Source of the DNA: an uncultured Candidatus Rokubacteria bacterium
Lineage (GTDB): Bacteria; Methylomirabilota; Methylomirabilia; Rokubacteriales; DASRDR01
Length of the DNA: 64,000 nt
Direction of reading: 5' to 3'
Assembly: GCA_963805625.1 (NCBI GenBank)
Contig: CAWDVE010000014.1
Span: 1 to 64,000 of the forward strand
Both the position numbers and the translations under genes were made by a program. The notes beneath the pieces were generated by a model, which had not been told where the DNA came from, made no database searches, and was given only the letters and a program-made list of their open reading frames with translations. This document shows positions 1 through 9,872 of the stretch, one piece after another. The stretch's first letter is position 1, and each line of letters begins with the position of its first letter.

Positions 1-545
1 AACGTCCAGCCCTTCGGCAGGTTCTTCAGTTTGCTGCCCACCGCGCCAGGTTGTCGGGGTGCCAGGCTCGGATCGACCGCCTTGGTGTATTCCTGCAGGA
101 CCCAGACCGCGCCGCCCGGCTCGCGCAGTAGATGCACGGGCTTGCCCGCGTGCAACGTCCAGATCGAATTGCGCTGGATCAGCGAGGGCACGTAGGCGCT
201 CTGGATCTGGGCGATCATTTCGGCCCCGGTCATGTCGCCGGCCCAATTCAATTTGACACCGTGGAAGTCGACGCGGTCGCCCCCGGGGTACTTGATTTCG
301 TCCATCATCCAGAAGCGTCCGCTATTGACCGCGCACATATCCACTTCGAGCTCAGCCGCCAGCTTCTTGGGATCGATCTTCTTGTAGGCCTCGGGGTCGA
401 CGGGGATCGATGCCGCCGTATAGACGTGGGCCCTCTGCAGTCTTGCCGGTGCCGACAAAGGCCCCGATCCCGTGGAAGGGAAGGCCGCGGGCGTCGTTGA
501 AGCGTGCATCCAGCTCAGGGGTTCCATACCGGTTTTCAGCTTCAT
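1..545 (-). CDS. conserved hypothetical protein, runs off the left edge of the window
   Basis: ATG at 545 after RBS AAAGAGGAG. The frame is open to position 3 (MKLKTGMEP...RFWMMDE...GKPVHLLREPGGAVWVLQEY...KLKNLPKGWT). Absent from the ORF track because there is no stop in the window. Confidence 0.7.
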   Translation of the reverse strand, partial: MKLKTGMEPLSWMHASTTPAAFPSTGSGPLSAPARLQRAHVYTAASIPVDPEAYKKIDPKKLAAELEVDMCAVNSGRFWMMDEIKYPGGDRVDFHGVKLNWAGDMTGAEMIAQIQSAYVPSLIQRNSIWTLHAGKPVHLLREPGGAVWVLQEYTKAVDPSLAPRQPGAVGSKLKNLPKGWT

Positions 546-559
546 TTGTATCTCCTCTT

Positions 560-983
560 TCGGGTGGGTTTGAGACTCGTGACCTCCGTGGGACTTGCGG
601 GAAGGAGGGGGCGATGAGGTGTACCGGCCCCCGGATGAGCACGTACGGCACGACGGCACAGACGAAGGCCACGACCAGCACCATTCCGGGGTAGATCCAG
701 CGGAAGACGACCAACTGGTACGTAATGTCGAGAACGACGGCGATGAGAAAAATCTGGCCGACGTCCTTGAACCAGCCATGGAAGATCCGCTTCCGCTCGA
801 CCGGGTCCTGGATCCATATGCCCAGGAAAGCCGGCCGGCCTCCCGGAGATCCTTCCAGACGGCACGCAGGGCAATGATGGTGACGACCGTCGGCATGACC
901 ATGAGCCGGAAGTTCAGCGGCCCGCTAAACCGGCCGAGAAACTGATCGACTGCGAGCCTGAGCAGGTCGGTCATGGTGCCCAT
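560..983 (-). CDS. small inner-membrane protein (frameshifted), paralog of 6873-7283
   Basis: MGTMTDLLRLAVDQFLGRFSGPLNFRLMVMPTVV, then after a frameshift near 840 FKDVGQIFLIAVVLDITYQLVVFRWIYPG...RGP. Aligns by eye with ORF 6873-7283. 3' end approximate. Confidence 0.7.
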
Positions 984-1079
984 ACGTGTCTCGTCTTCCC
1001 CCGAGGTCCGGCCGGAGGCCGGAGAACGAGGCTTTCCCCCGTTCTCCGGGCTGCCCAAGGTACTGGGCTGCATCAACAC

Positions 1080-1478
1080 TTACTTCTTCATGTTCTTCGC
1101 GACAAACTCCTGGATCTTCTTGCCCTGCGCAGCCAACCCTCCAGCGGTGCTGAACTGGATGATCTCGGCCCCTTCCTTCGACTTGAAGTTGTGCGGAGCC
1201 GGCATGTAGCCCGCTTCCCCAGCGCGCCAAACTTCAATGGTCCCGTCGAGGTAGATGACCTCCAACGCGCCCTTCAAGACGTAGGCCCAGTGTTCAACCC
1301 CGCACAAATCGTGGTCCAGTCCCTTTCCCTTCAGGATGTCCGTGAAGTCCGTGCCCGGGGCAAAGACGTGGTACGCGATCTGCATGCCGCCCCAGTTCTC
1401 CTCCCAAATCTTGAGGCCCGGGGTGCTCTGGGTGACGAGGTCGTCTACCGGGTGCATGTCCGTCAATTTCTTTCTCAT
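1080..1478 (-). CDS. cupin-domain protein
   Basis: RBS AAGGAG before ATG 1478. Cupin-like motifs CGVEHWAYVLKG and AGEAGYMPAPH. Confidence 0.75.
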   Translation of the reverse strand: MRKKLTDMHPVDDLVTQSTPGLKIWEENWGGMQIAYHVFAPGTDFTDILKGKGLDHDLCGVEHWAYVLKGALEVIYLDGTIEVWRAGEAGYMPAPHNFKSKEGAEIIQFSTAGGLAAQGKKIQEFVAKNMKK

Positions 1479-1952
1479 CGATTGCTCCTTTTCCTGTGCC
1501 TCACCGGACCGGCGGTGATGGCGATTTGTCCAAGGCCAGATCCGGTCGCCTGGACAGACCCAATTACGCACCAACGGCCATCGGTTACGGTATGGAGTTG
1601 ACACTCGTGTCCGAGTCGTAACCCATGGCCTGGTAGGTGCAGTGCAGGTCGTCGCGGATGATCGACGCCCAGCCGTCGCCGTACTGGCACTCGCCGTGGT
1701 CGAACGTCCAGATGCGTCCCCGTGTCGCGACGACCATGTCGACCCGAACTCCTGGCCTTCTTCTCTGGATCGGGCTTCCAGAGGAAGTCGTTCGGAGTGT
1801 TTGGGAAGTCACGATGCTTCCGGCCATGGCCGTGCGGCCCAGGCAGCATCGCACCCTGCATGGATCGCCAGAGCTGGAACACGTCTGCACGCCGCTCTGG
1901 CGGACCTGAGCTATCGACGAGCACGCTCTCCTGTAGACGCACGCTCCTCTCT

Positions 1953-1970
1953 AGTGCTCGATCCGTGCCG
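1953..1970 (-). promoter_or_regulatory. sigma-54 (-24/-12) promoter, leftward
   Basis: Minus strand CGGCACGGATCGAGCACT with GG-N10-GC spacing. 17/18 identical to the site at 4739-4756. Confidence 0.65.
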
Positions 1971-2072
1971 GCGCGCCTCCAGATCGGTCACTGGCGGCCA
2001 AACCGCTGACACCGAAGGATTTCGGCAGTGTCGTGCGCGAGGGCGCTGAACAGGAGAGGAGGGTCCGGGCGG

Positions 2073-2105
2073 GACGCAATCTCGTCCCCGAGTCGATATT
2101 TCGTC
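2073..2105 (-). promoter_or_regulatory. tandem pseudo-palindromic enhancer (UAS) pair for the adjacent sigma-54 activator
   Basis: Minus strand GACGAAATATCGAC-N5-GACGAGATTGCGTC, about 136 bp upstream of the -24 GG. Mirrors 4606-4638. Confidence 0.6.
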
Positions 2106-2134
2106 TCCCGGTCGGAGTCCGTATACTCTGCGCT

Positions 2135-4537
2135 ATGCCCCCAGCCGGCGATCGGCCGCAGCCCTCCGCAGAGAGCCTCGCGAGCCTGTCGCTCGAGTTC
2201 GACACACTCGTCTCCGATCTCTCCTCGCGATTCATGAACCTGCCTCCCGCCAAGGTCGACCGCGAGATCGAGGGCACGCTGCGGCGTGTCTCCGAGCCGC
2301 TCGGCCTCGATCTGGCGGTACTTTGGCGGTGGTCTGACGCCAACCCGGGCGTCATCACACCCGCCCACGCCTGGTGGGCCCTGGAAGGCCTGCGACCTTC
2401 CGAGCCGCTGCGCCAGGACCGGTACCCCTGGACGGTCAAGCACGTACTGGCCGGCCGCATGTTGGCCATCTCCTCGCCGGAACGGCGCCCCCTGCCGGCA
2501 GAGGGCCATGTCGACCGGCAGACCTGCCTCGAGGTCGGCATCGAGTCAGCCTCTGGTCCTCCCACTCTCGGTGGGGGCGGGCCGCCCGTCGGCGCCCTGT
2601 GCCTCACTGCCCTGCGGCAACCGCGTAACTGGCCAGACGCCCTCGTGGAACGCCTGCAACTGGTGGCGCAGGTCCTCACCAACGCGCTGTCCGCAGGCGC
2701 CACGAGCTCAGCCTGCGGGAGAGCGAGGAGCGCCTGGGCCTAGTGGCGGGACTCCGCCGAGGCGGGGCTCCTGACCCTGGATTACGGCACGGGTGTCTTC
2801 TGGCTGACCCACGGGGCGCGGGCGATCTTCGGGTATCAGCCGGACGAGATCGTCAGCATGGAGCGTCTCCAGGCTTCAGTGCATCCAGACGACTGGGACC
2901 TCGTCAAGAGAAGCCTTCGCCCAGTCCGCGGGGGCGGAGGAACCGGTCAGCGCGGAATACCGGATCGATCCTCCACGGGCAATGGACACGTGCGCGGATC
3001 CACTCGCATGTGCGTCTCCGCCGGACGTCTGATCGGCGATCCCGTGCACCTGATGGGCGTCTCGATCGACGTCACCGAGCGGAAGGCTGCCGAAGAGGCG
3101 TTGCGCGCCAGTCAGGCTCGCCTGGAGGCGGCCGCCGACCTCGCCGGCCTCGGGTTCTACGAGGTGGACTTCGAGGAACGTATCGCCTTCGTCGACGACC
3201 GGCTTCGCGACCTCCTCGGCATTCCCCCGGAACGTGAGCAGGGCCTTCTGCCAGTGGAGTTCTTCATGGAGCGCGTGCATCCCGACGACCGTCCGCACTT
3301 CATGGAGCAGCGCGAGCAGCTTCACGACGGAAGGCTGGAGCAGGTCTCCATCGAGTATCGCTACCTCCACCCGGCTCGTGGGGAGCGGTGGCTCCATCAC
3401 ATGGCCCGCGTCGCCGCACGCAACGCCGAGGGACACGTGCGGAAGACGTACGGCGTCCTCCGCGACATCACGGAGCGACGGCAACGCGAGGAGGCGCTGC
3501 GCAAGTCCTACGCCGAAATCGAGCGATTGAAGGACCAGCTGCAGGCGGAAAGCGACTACCTGAAGGCCGAGGTCAAGGTGACTCAGGCCCACGGCGAGGT
3601 CATTGGAAAGAGCCCCGCCATCCGAAAGGTCCTCAGCCAGGCGGAGCAGGTCGCGCCCACGGATTCCTCGGTGCTGATCCCCGGCGAGACCGGCACGGGC
3701 AAGGAACTCGTCGCCCAGACCATCCACCGCCTTAGCCCGCGCGGCAGCCACGTGATGGTCAAGGTCAACTGCGCGGCGCTGCCCGCCGCGCTGGTCGAGA
3801 GCGAGCTGTTCGGCCGCGAGAAGGGCGCCTTCACCGGTGCCCTGATGCGCCAGATCGGCCGCTTCGAGGTCGCCGACGGCTCCACCATCTTCCTCGACGA
3901 AGTCGGCGAGTTGTCCTCCGAAGTGCAGGCCAAGCTGCTCCGCGTGCTGCAGGACGGGCGAGTTCGAGCGGCTGGGCAGCCCCAGGACCATCAAGGTCAA
4001 CGTGCGCGTCATCGCCGCCACCAATCGCGACCTGGCGCGAGGAAGTGCGCAAAGGGCGCTTCCGCGAGGACCTCTACTACCGCCTCAACGTCTTCCCCAT
4101 CCGCGTCCCGCCGCTGCGCGAGCGGGCCGAGGACATCCCGCTGCTGGTCTGGGCCTTCCTCGAGGAGTTCTCGCGCCCGCATGGGCAAGAAGATCACCCA
4201 GGTGCCCCGCAAGACGATGGAAGTGCTCCAGCGCCATCCCTGGCCGGGCAACGTCCGCGAACTGCGCAACGTGATCGAGCACAGCGCCATCGTCACCACC
4301 GGTGATACGCTGAGGGTGCCGATGCTCGAGGAGGTCGCGCCGGTCGCGGCGCCGCCGCAGACGCTGGCCGACTCCGAGCGCGAGCACATCCTCAAGGCGC
4401 TCGAGACAACGCGCTGGCGCATCAAGGGGCCGAAGGGCGCCGCCGCCTCGCTGGGGCTCAATCCCTCGACCCTCTACAGCCGCATGAAGAAGTTCGGAAT
4501 CCGGCCGCCCGGACCGGCAGAGGACGGCTCGGCGTAG
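2135..4537 (+). CDS. FhlA/NifA-type sigma-54 enhancer-binding protein (GAF-PAS-PAS-AAA+-Fis HTH), multiply frameshifted
   Basis: GETGTGKE Walker A, ESELFG, GAFTGA loop, [21 protein letters not shown] (shifted frame, ORF 4045), [11 protein letters not shown]-terminal [20 protein letters not shown]-terminal GAF in ORF 2033-2743 and PAS motifs VHPDD. Confidence 0.9.
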
Positions 4538-4605
4538 GTTCTCCCGGCGCACGCATTTCGCAGATTCCGGTGACGACAGACGCCGGCCGGCTCGGCACCT
4601 AGGCA

Positions 4606-4638
4606 GACGAGATATCGACTCGAAGACGACATCTCGTC
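4606..4638 (+). promoter_or_regulatory. tandem pseudo-palindromic enhancer (UAS) pair
   Basis: GACGAGATATCGAC-N5-GACGACATCTCGTC, 134 bp upstream of the -24 GG at 4740. Confidence 0.6.
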
Positions 4639-4738
4639 CCTCTGTCGCCCATCCTGGTTCTCCGAGTGATTCGGTGGGAAGACCACCCGCTCTTGACTCG
4701 CAATGAGTTAGGCCGTCGAGCCGGGTCGAGGATCGCGG

Positions 4739-4756
4739 CGGCACGAATCGAGCACT
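4739..4756 (+). promoter_or_regulatory. sigma-54 (-24/-12) promoter, rightward
   Basis: CGGCACGAATCGAGCACT with GG(4740-41)-N10-GC(4752-53), directly upstream of the ABM gene. Confidence 0.65.
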
Positions 4757-4766
4757 CCTCGGGGGC

Positions 4767-5114
4767 ATGATCGTCGTCGGGACGCTCAGGGTCCTGCCGG
4801 CACCGGATCGACGAGGCGAGATCCTGGAGGTCTTCCGGGCCGTTCAAGGGCCGGTGCTGGCTCAGCCCGGGTGCGTCGCCTGCCACATCTACGAGGAGCA
4901 GGGCTCGGAGCCGGCCGTCGTGCTCGTCGAGCGGTGGGAGTCCCAGGCGGCGCTCGAAGCGCACCTGCGCTCGGAGAGCTACCGCCGCATTCTCGGCGCC
5001 ATCGAGCTCTCGGGCGGCCCGCCCGAGGTCTCTTTCGACTACGTGTCCGCGACGGAAGGGATGGACTTGATCGAACGGTCGCGCGCACCGGGAGGCACGA
5101 CGGCGAGCCGCTGA
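4767..5114 (+). CDS. antibiotic biosynthesis monooxygenase (ABM) family protein
   Basis: About 115 aa with the typical pattern QPGCVACHIYEE...VVLVERWESQAALEAHLRSESY. Confidence 0.85.
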   Translation: MIVVGTLRVLPAPDRRGEILEVFRAVQGPVLAQPGCVACHIYEEQGSEPAVVLVERWESQAALEAHLRSESYRRILGAIELSGGPPEVSFDYVSATEGMDLIERSRAPGGTTASR

Positions 5115-5160
5115 TCGCGAACCAGTCGCTGGGTCCAGGGCGCAGGACGGAGAAAGATCA

Positions 5161-6856
5161 ATGAAAGTCATCATCGTGGGCGGAGTGGCGGGCGGGGCCT
5201 CCTGTGCGGCGCGGCTGCGCAGGCTGGACGAGAAGGCCGAGATCCTGATGGTGGAGCGCGGCCCGTACGTCTCGTACGCGAACTGCGGGCTGCCCTACCA
5301 CGTGGGCGGGGTGATCCCGGAGGAGTCGAGCCTGCTCGTGGCGACCGAGCAGACGTTCCGCGGCATGTTCGACGTCGAGGTGCGGACCGGCTGCGAGGCC
5401 GTCTCCATCTCGCCGAAGAAGAAGACCGTGGACCTGCGCAACGTCGCGACCGGCGAGGTGACGACCGAGTCCTACGACAAGCTGGTGCTGTCGCCCGGCG
5501 CCGCCCCGATCCGCCCGCCGCTTCCCGGCATCGACCTGCCCGGGATCTTCTCCGTGCGGACCGTCCCGGACGCCCGGACCATTCGGCAGTGGCTGGAGCG
5601 CGGCACGGAGACCCGGACCGGGCTCGACTCGTACACCGGGCTGCAGGTCGTGACGAAGCCGAAGCGCGCGGTGGTGGTCGGCGGCGGGTTCATCGGCCTC
5701 GAGATGGTGGAGAACTTCGCCCACCTCGGGCTCGAGGTGACGCTCGTCGAGAAGCTCGACCAGGTCATGCCGCCGCTCGACCCGGAGATGGCGCGGCTCG
5801 TCGAGCGCTACATGGTCAAGCACGGCGTGCAAGCTCGAGCTCAACGACGGCGTCGCCGGGTTCCGAGCAGGCCGCGGACGGCTCGCTCGAGGTCCTCACG
5901 AGCTCCGGGAAGGCCCACCCGGCGGACGTCGTGGTTCTCGCGATCGGCGTGCGGCCGGAGACGGCGCTCGCCAAGGCGGCCGGGCTCGAGCTCGGCCAGC
6001 GCGGAGGCATCCGCGTCGACGAGCACATGCGCACGAGCGACCCCGACATCTTCGCCGTCGGCGACGCGGTCGAGGTGAAGGACTACGTCACCGGCCAGTG
6101 GACGCTCATCCCGCTCGCCGGCCCGGCCAACCGGCAGGGCCGGATCGCGGCCGACGTGATCGCCGGCCGCAAGTCGCGCTACCGCGGCACGCAGGGCACC
6201 TCGATCTGCCAGATCTTCGAGGGCGTGATCGGCCAGACCGGGCGCCAGCGAGAAGCTCCTCCGGCAGCTCGGGGACACGGACTTCGAGAAGGTCTACCTC
6301 TACGTGAACTCCCACGCGGGCTACTACCCGGACGCCAAGATGATGGCGATCAAGGTGCTCTTCCGGAAGTCCGACGGGCGCCTGCTCGGGGCGCAGGTGC
6401 TCGGCGAGGACGGCGTGCCCAAGCGGATCGACGCCTTCGCGATGGCGATCCAGATGAAGGCGACCATCTACGACCTGGAGGAGGCCGAGCTGTGCTACGC
6501 GCCTCCGTTCGGCAGCGCGAAGGACCCCGTCAACTTCGCGGGCATGGTCGCCGGGAACCTGCTCCGCGGCGACATGCCGCTCACCCACTGGGACGGTCAT
6601 CGACGGGCGCGTTCCTCCTCGACGTGCGCAATCCCCCGGAGCTCGCGGTCGAGACCGTTGCCGGGCGCGGTCAACATCCCGCTGCCGCAGCTGCGCGCGC
6701 CGCCTCGGAGAGCTGCCCCGCGACCAGGAGATCCACGTGATCTGCCGCTCCGGCGGGCGCGCCTACTTCGCGACGCGCATCCTGCTCCAGAACGGGTTCA
6801 AGGCCCGGAACATCTCGGGCGGCATGCTCGCCCGCTCGCACCGCGCCGCCCAGTAA
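5161..6856 (+). CDS. CoA-disulfide reductase / NADH oxidase family flavoprotein with C-terminal rhodanese domain (frameshifted)
   Basis: GGVAGG FAD motif, SYANCGLPY redox Cys, GGGFIGLE, IFAVGD, LAGPANRQGR, ELCYAPPFGSAKDPVN, rhodanese LDVR...ICRSG. Spread over ORFs 5161, 5589, 6304, ending at TAA 6854-6856. Confidence 0.9.
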
Positions 6857-6872
6857 CACGAGCCGGCGAGCC

Positions 6873-7283
6873 ATGGACAACCTGCTGACGCGGGGATTCG
6901 ACCAGCTCCTCGGTCGACTAAGTGGACCGCTGAACTTCCGGCTGGTCGTCATGCCCACGGTGGTCACCCTCCTCGCCTTGCGAGCCGCCCGGAAGGATGC
7001 CCGCGCCGGGCGGCCGGCGTTCCTGGGGGTGCTCATCAAGGATCCCGCCGAGCGGCGTCGCCTCTTCCGCAGCGCGCTGAAGGACATCGGCCGCATCTTC
7101 ATCGTGGCCATCGTGCTCGACACCGTGTACCAGCTGATGGTCTTGCGCTGGGTCTACCCCGGGCAGGCGCTGATCGTGGCCGTCGTCTGTGCCGTCATGC
7201 CGTACGCCCTGGTCCGAGGGCCCATCACCCTTGTGGCGCGGCTGCTGTACCGCAAGGTCCGCCACGCGCGTTCAGGGGAGTGA
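6873..7283 (+). CDS. small inner-membrane protein of unknown function
   Basis: Three hydrophobic segments, GRLSGPLNFRLVVMP motif. Paralog at 560-983. Confidence 0.8.
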   Translation: MDNLLTRGFDQLLGRLSGPLNFRLVVMPTVVTLLALRAARKDARAGRPAFLGVLIKDPAERRRLFRSALKDIGRIFIVAIVLDTVYQLMVLRWVYPGQALIVAVVCAVMPYALVRGPITLVARLLYRKVRHARSGE

Positions 7284-8341
7284 CCAGCATGAAAGCGATC
7301 ACGGTCGAGCCTGGAAAGCCCGGGACGGCGCGCTTCGAAGACGTCCCCGAGCCCGACCCCCGCGAGGGCTCGGTCCTCGTGGAAGCCGTGGCCGTCGGCG
7401 TCTGCGGGACCGACGTCGAGATCGCGGAGGGCAAGTACGGCTGGGCTCCCCCGGGACACGCACGTCTCGTGCTCGGCCACGAGTCCCTGGGCCGGGTGCT
7501 GGACCCCGGTCCGAGCAGCGGGCTCAAGAAGGGCGATCTGGTCGTCGGCATCGTCCGCCGCCCGGACGCCGTCCCCTGCCCCAACTGCGCCGTGGGCGAG
7601 TGGGACATGTGCCGGAACGGCCAGTACACCGAGCGGGGGATCAAGGAGATCCACGGGTTCATGTCGGAGCGCTGGCGCGTCGAGCCCGAGTACGCGATCA
7701 AGGTGGATCCGTCCCTGGGACTCCTCGGCGTGCTCCTCGAGCCGACGACCGTGATCGCGAAGGCCCTGGAGCAGGTCGTCGCGGTCGGCCAGCGCGCCTT
7801 CTGGGAACCGAAGACGGTGCTCGTGACCGGCGCGGGGCCGATCGGTCTCCTGGCGGCCTGCGTCGTGAAACTGCATGGCAAGCAGTTCCAGCTCCACGTC
7901 CTCGATCGTGTCGAGACGGGGACGAAGCCGGAGCTCGTGCGCGCCCTCGGCGCGACGTACCACTCGGGGAGCGTCCTCGACGTCGGCTTCGAGCCGGACG
8001 TCATCGTCGAGTGCACGGGCGTCGGGTCGGTGATCGCTGACTCGATCCAGAAGATCGGGGCAGGCGGGATCCTCTGCCTCACGGGAGTGGGCAGGGGCGG
8101 GCGGTCCGGCGACGTCGTGGCTGATGTCGCCGCGAAGGTGGTCTTGAAGAACAACGTGCTCGTGGGCAGCGTGAACGCGAACAAGCGCCACTGGTATAAG
8201 GCGTCCCAAGCACTGGCCGAGGCGGACCGGGCGTGGCTCGGCCGCCTGATCACGCGCCGCGAGAAGCCAGAGAACTTCCAGCAGGCCCTGCAGCGGACGC
8301 CCGACGACATCAAGGTCGTCATCCAGTTCTCGGAGGTCTGA
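7280..8341 (+). CDS. zinc-dependent MDR-family glucose 1-dehydrogenase
   Basis: GVCGTD, LGHES, VRRPDAVPCPNC...DMC structural Zn, GAGPIG, GSVNA. Features of the archaeal-type glucose dehydrogenase subfamily. Confidence 0.85.
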   Translation: MTSMKAITVEPGKPGTARFEDVPEPDPREGSVLVEAVAVGVCGTDVEIAEGKYGWAPPGHARLVLGHESLGRVLDPGPSSGLKKGDLVVGIVRRPDAVPCPNCAVGEWDMCRNGQYTERGIKEIHGFMSERWRVEPEYAIKVDPSLGLLGVLLEPTTVIAKALEQVVAVGQRAFWEPKTVLVTGAGPIGLLAACVVKLHGKQFQLHVLDRVETGTKPELVRALGATYHSGSVLDVGFEPDVIVECTGVGSVIADSIQKIGAGGILCLTGVGRGGRSGDVVADVAAKVVLKNNVLVGSVNANKRHWYKASQALAEADRAWLGRLITRREKPENFQQALQRTPDDIKVVIQFSEV

Positions 8342-8411
8342 TGCCGAAGCTCCACTGGGCCTGCTACGAGGCGTTCCACGGGCGACTAAGACTTCCGGGT
8401 GCTGAGGAGGA

Positions 8412-9491
8412 ATGATGAAGCGGGCTCTGCTGCTCTTCGCCGTGCTCACCATGGCGGGATGCGCGAGCATCGGCCCGGGAACCGTCGCTCGGGACCGGTT
8501 CGACTACACCGGGGCGGTCGCCGAGTCCTGGAAGAGCCAGATGCTGCTGAACCTGGTGAAGATCCGCTACGGCGACACCCCGGTGTTCCTGGACGTCGGG
8601 CAGATCGTCGCCGGGTACACGGTGCAGAGCACGTTCTCGGCGGGGGGGGCCATCTTCAGCACCAGCGGGGTGGTCCCGGGGGTGCCCAACAGCAGCGTGA
8701 CGCTGGGCGCCCAGGGGCAATACACCGATCGGCCGACCATCACCTACAGCCCGCTCGCGGGCGAACGCTTCGCCCGCTCGCTGATGACGCCGGTCCCCCC
8801 GGCGGCCCTCCTGAGCTTGATCCAGGCCGGGAATCCCGCGGACGTCGTCCTGCGGCTCGCGGTGCACGTCGTGAATGGCCTCGCCAACCGCTTCGGGGGC
8901 GACCTGCGGGCGCGACCCGCGGACCCGGAGTTCCACGTCCTCCTGGAGCGGCTCCGGCGGATCCAGCTCTCGGGGGCGATCGGTCTCCGGGTGCGCCGAA
9001 TCGATCGCGAAGAGGCCGTGCTGATGACCTTGCGGCACAAGGTGGACCCGAGCATCGAGGCGGACATCCTGGCCGTCCGGCAGCTGCTAGGCCTCGATCC
9101 CGCCGGCCGGGAGTTTCAGGTCGTGTACGGCTCGGTGGCGGCCAACGACACGCAGATCGCGATCCTCAGCCGGTCCATCCTGGAGATCCTGGTAGATCTC
9201 TCGTCCTTCATCGACGTGCCCGAGGCTCACGTCACCGACCGACGCGTGACACCGACGGCGGAGCTCGAGGTGGGACCGAGCGGCCCCATCCGGCCCCTGA
9301 TCCGCATCGGGAGCTCTCCGGAGCGACCAGCCGACGCCTTCCTGGCCGTGCCCTATCGGGGCTACTGGTTCTCGATCGACGACCGCGACATGGGGTCGAA
9401 GCGGCTGTTCACGTTCTTGATGTTCGTCTTCACGCTCGTCGAGACCGGGGGCAAAGAAGGCGCCCCCGTTCTGACGATCCCGACGCAGTGA
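8412..9491 (+). CDS. conserved hypothetical lipoprotein
   Basis: RBS GAGGAG, signal peptide with lipobox MAGC, motifs LLNLVKIRYGDTPVFLDV and RPTITYSPLAGERF. Confidence 0.8.
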   Translation: MMKRALLLFAVLTMAGCASIGPGTVARDRFDYTGAVAESWKSQMLLNLVKIRYGDTPVFLDVGQIVAGYTVQSTFSAGGAIFSTSGVVPGVPNSSVTLGAQGQYTDRPTITYSPLAGERFARSLMTPVPPAALLSLIQAGNPADVVLRLAVHVVNGLANRFGGDLRARPADPEFHVLLERLRRIQLSGAIGLRVRRIDREEAVLMTLRHKVDPSIEADILAVRQLLGLDPAGREFQVVYGSVAANDTQIAILSRSILEILVDLSSFIDVPEAHVTDRRVTPTAELEVGPSGPIRPLIRIGSSPERPADAFLAVPYRGYWFSIDDRDMGSKRLFTFLMFVFTLVETGGKEGAPVLTIPTQ

Positions 9492-9505
9492 TGGAGGCCC
9501 GCGTG

Positions 9506-9650
9506 ATGCTGTCCGCAGCGCTCTACCAGATGAATACCCACGCGGAGCGGTCCCGGATCCTGGGCCGGCCGGCGACGCTGGACGACATTCCGAGCCCCAC
9601 CTGGACCGCGTGGGCGGCATGGGGCTCGCCCGGATCTGGCGGCATGGTGG
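9506..9650 (+). pseudogene. N-terminal remnant of an alpha-amylase (GH13)-like gene
   Basis: LYQMNT...SRILGRPATLDDIP resembles the N-terminus of GH13 genes often found next to GH63 glucosidases. Degenerates afterwards. Confidence 0.5.
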
Positions 9651-9872
9651 GGCGCTCGCGCCCCACCAGTGGGGTGGCGTCACCCTGCCAGGCCAGCTAC
9701 ATACGTTCGCAAAGTTGGGATTTGGCAGTCCCTTTCTCGATAGCGCACCGGCGTTGGCCTTGCATGGACGGTCAAACGGGCGAGGCAGGTGCCGGTGACG
9801 AGCGGCGTACCGGAAGTCGCTGCGGAGCGTCGAGGCACGCGAAGACGGCTCAGAAAGCCATGGAGGCCGCAA

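Noticed and set aside
1585-1890. ORF with protein-like tail (IWTFDHGECQYGDGW...)
   Set aside because: May be a gene remnant or the first gene of the leftward operon, but I cannot assign a family or a credible start.
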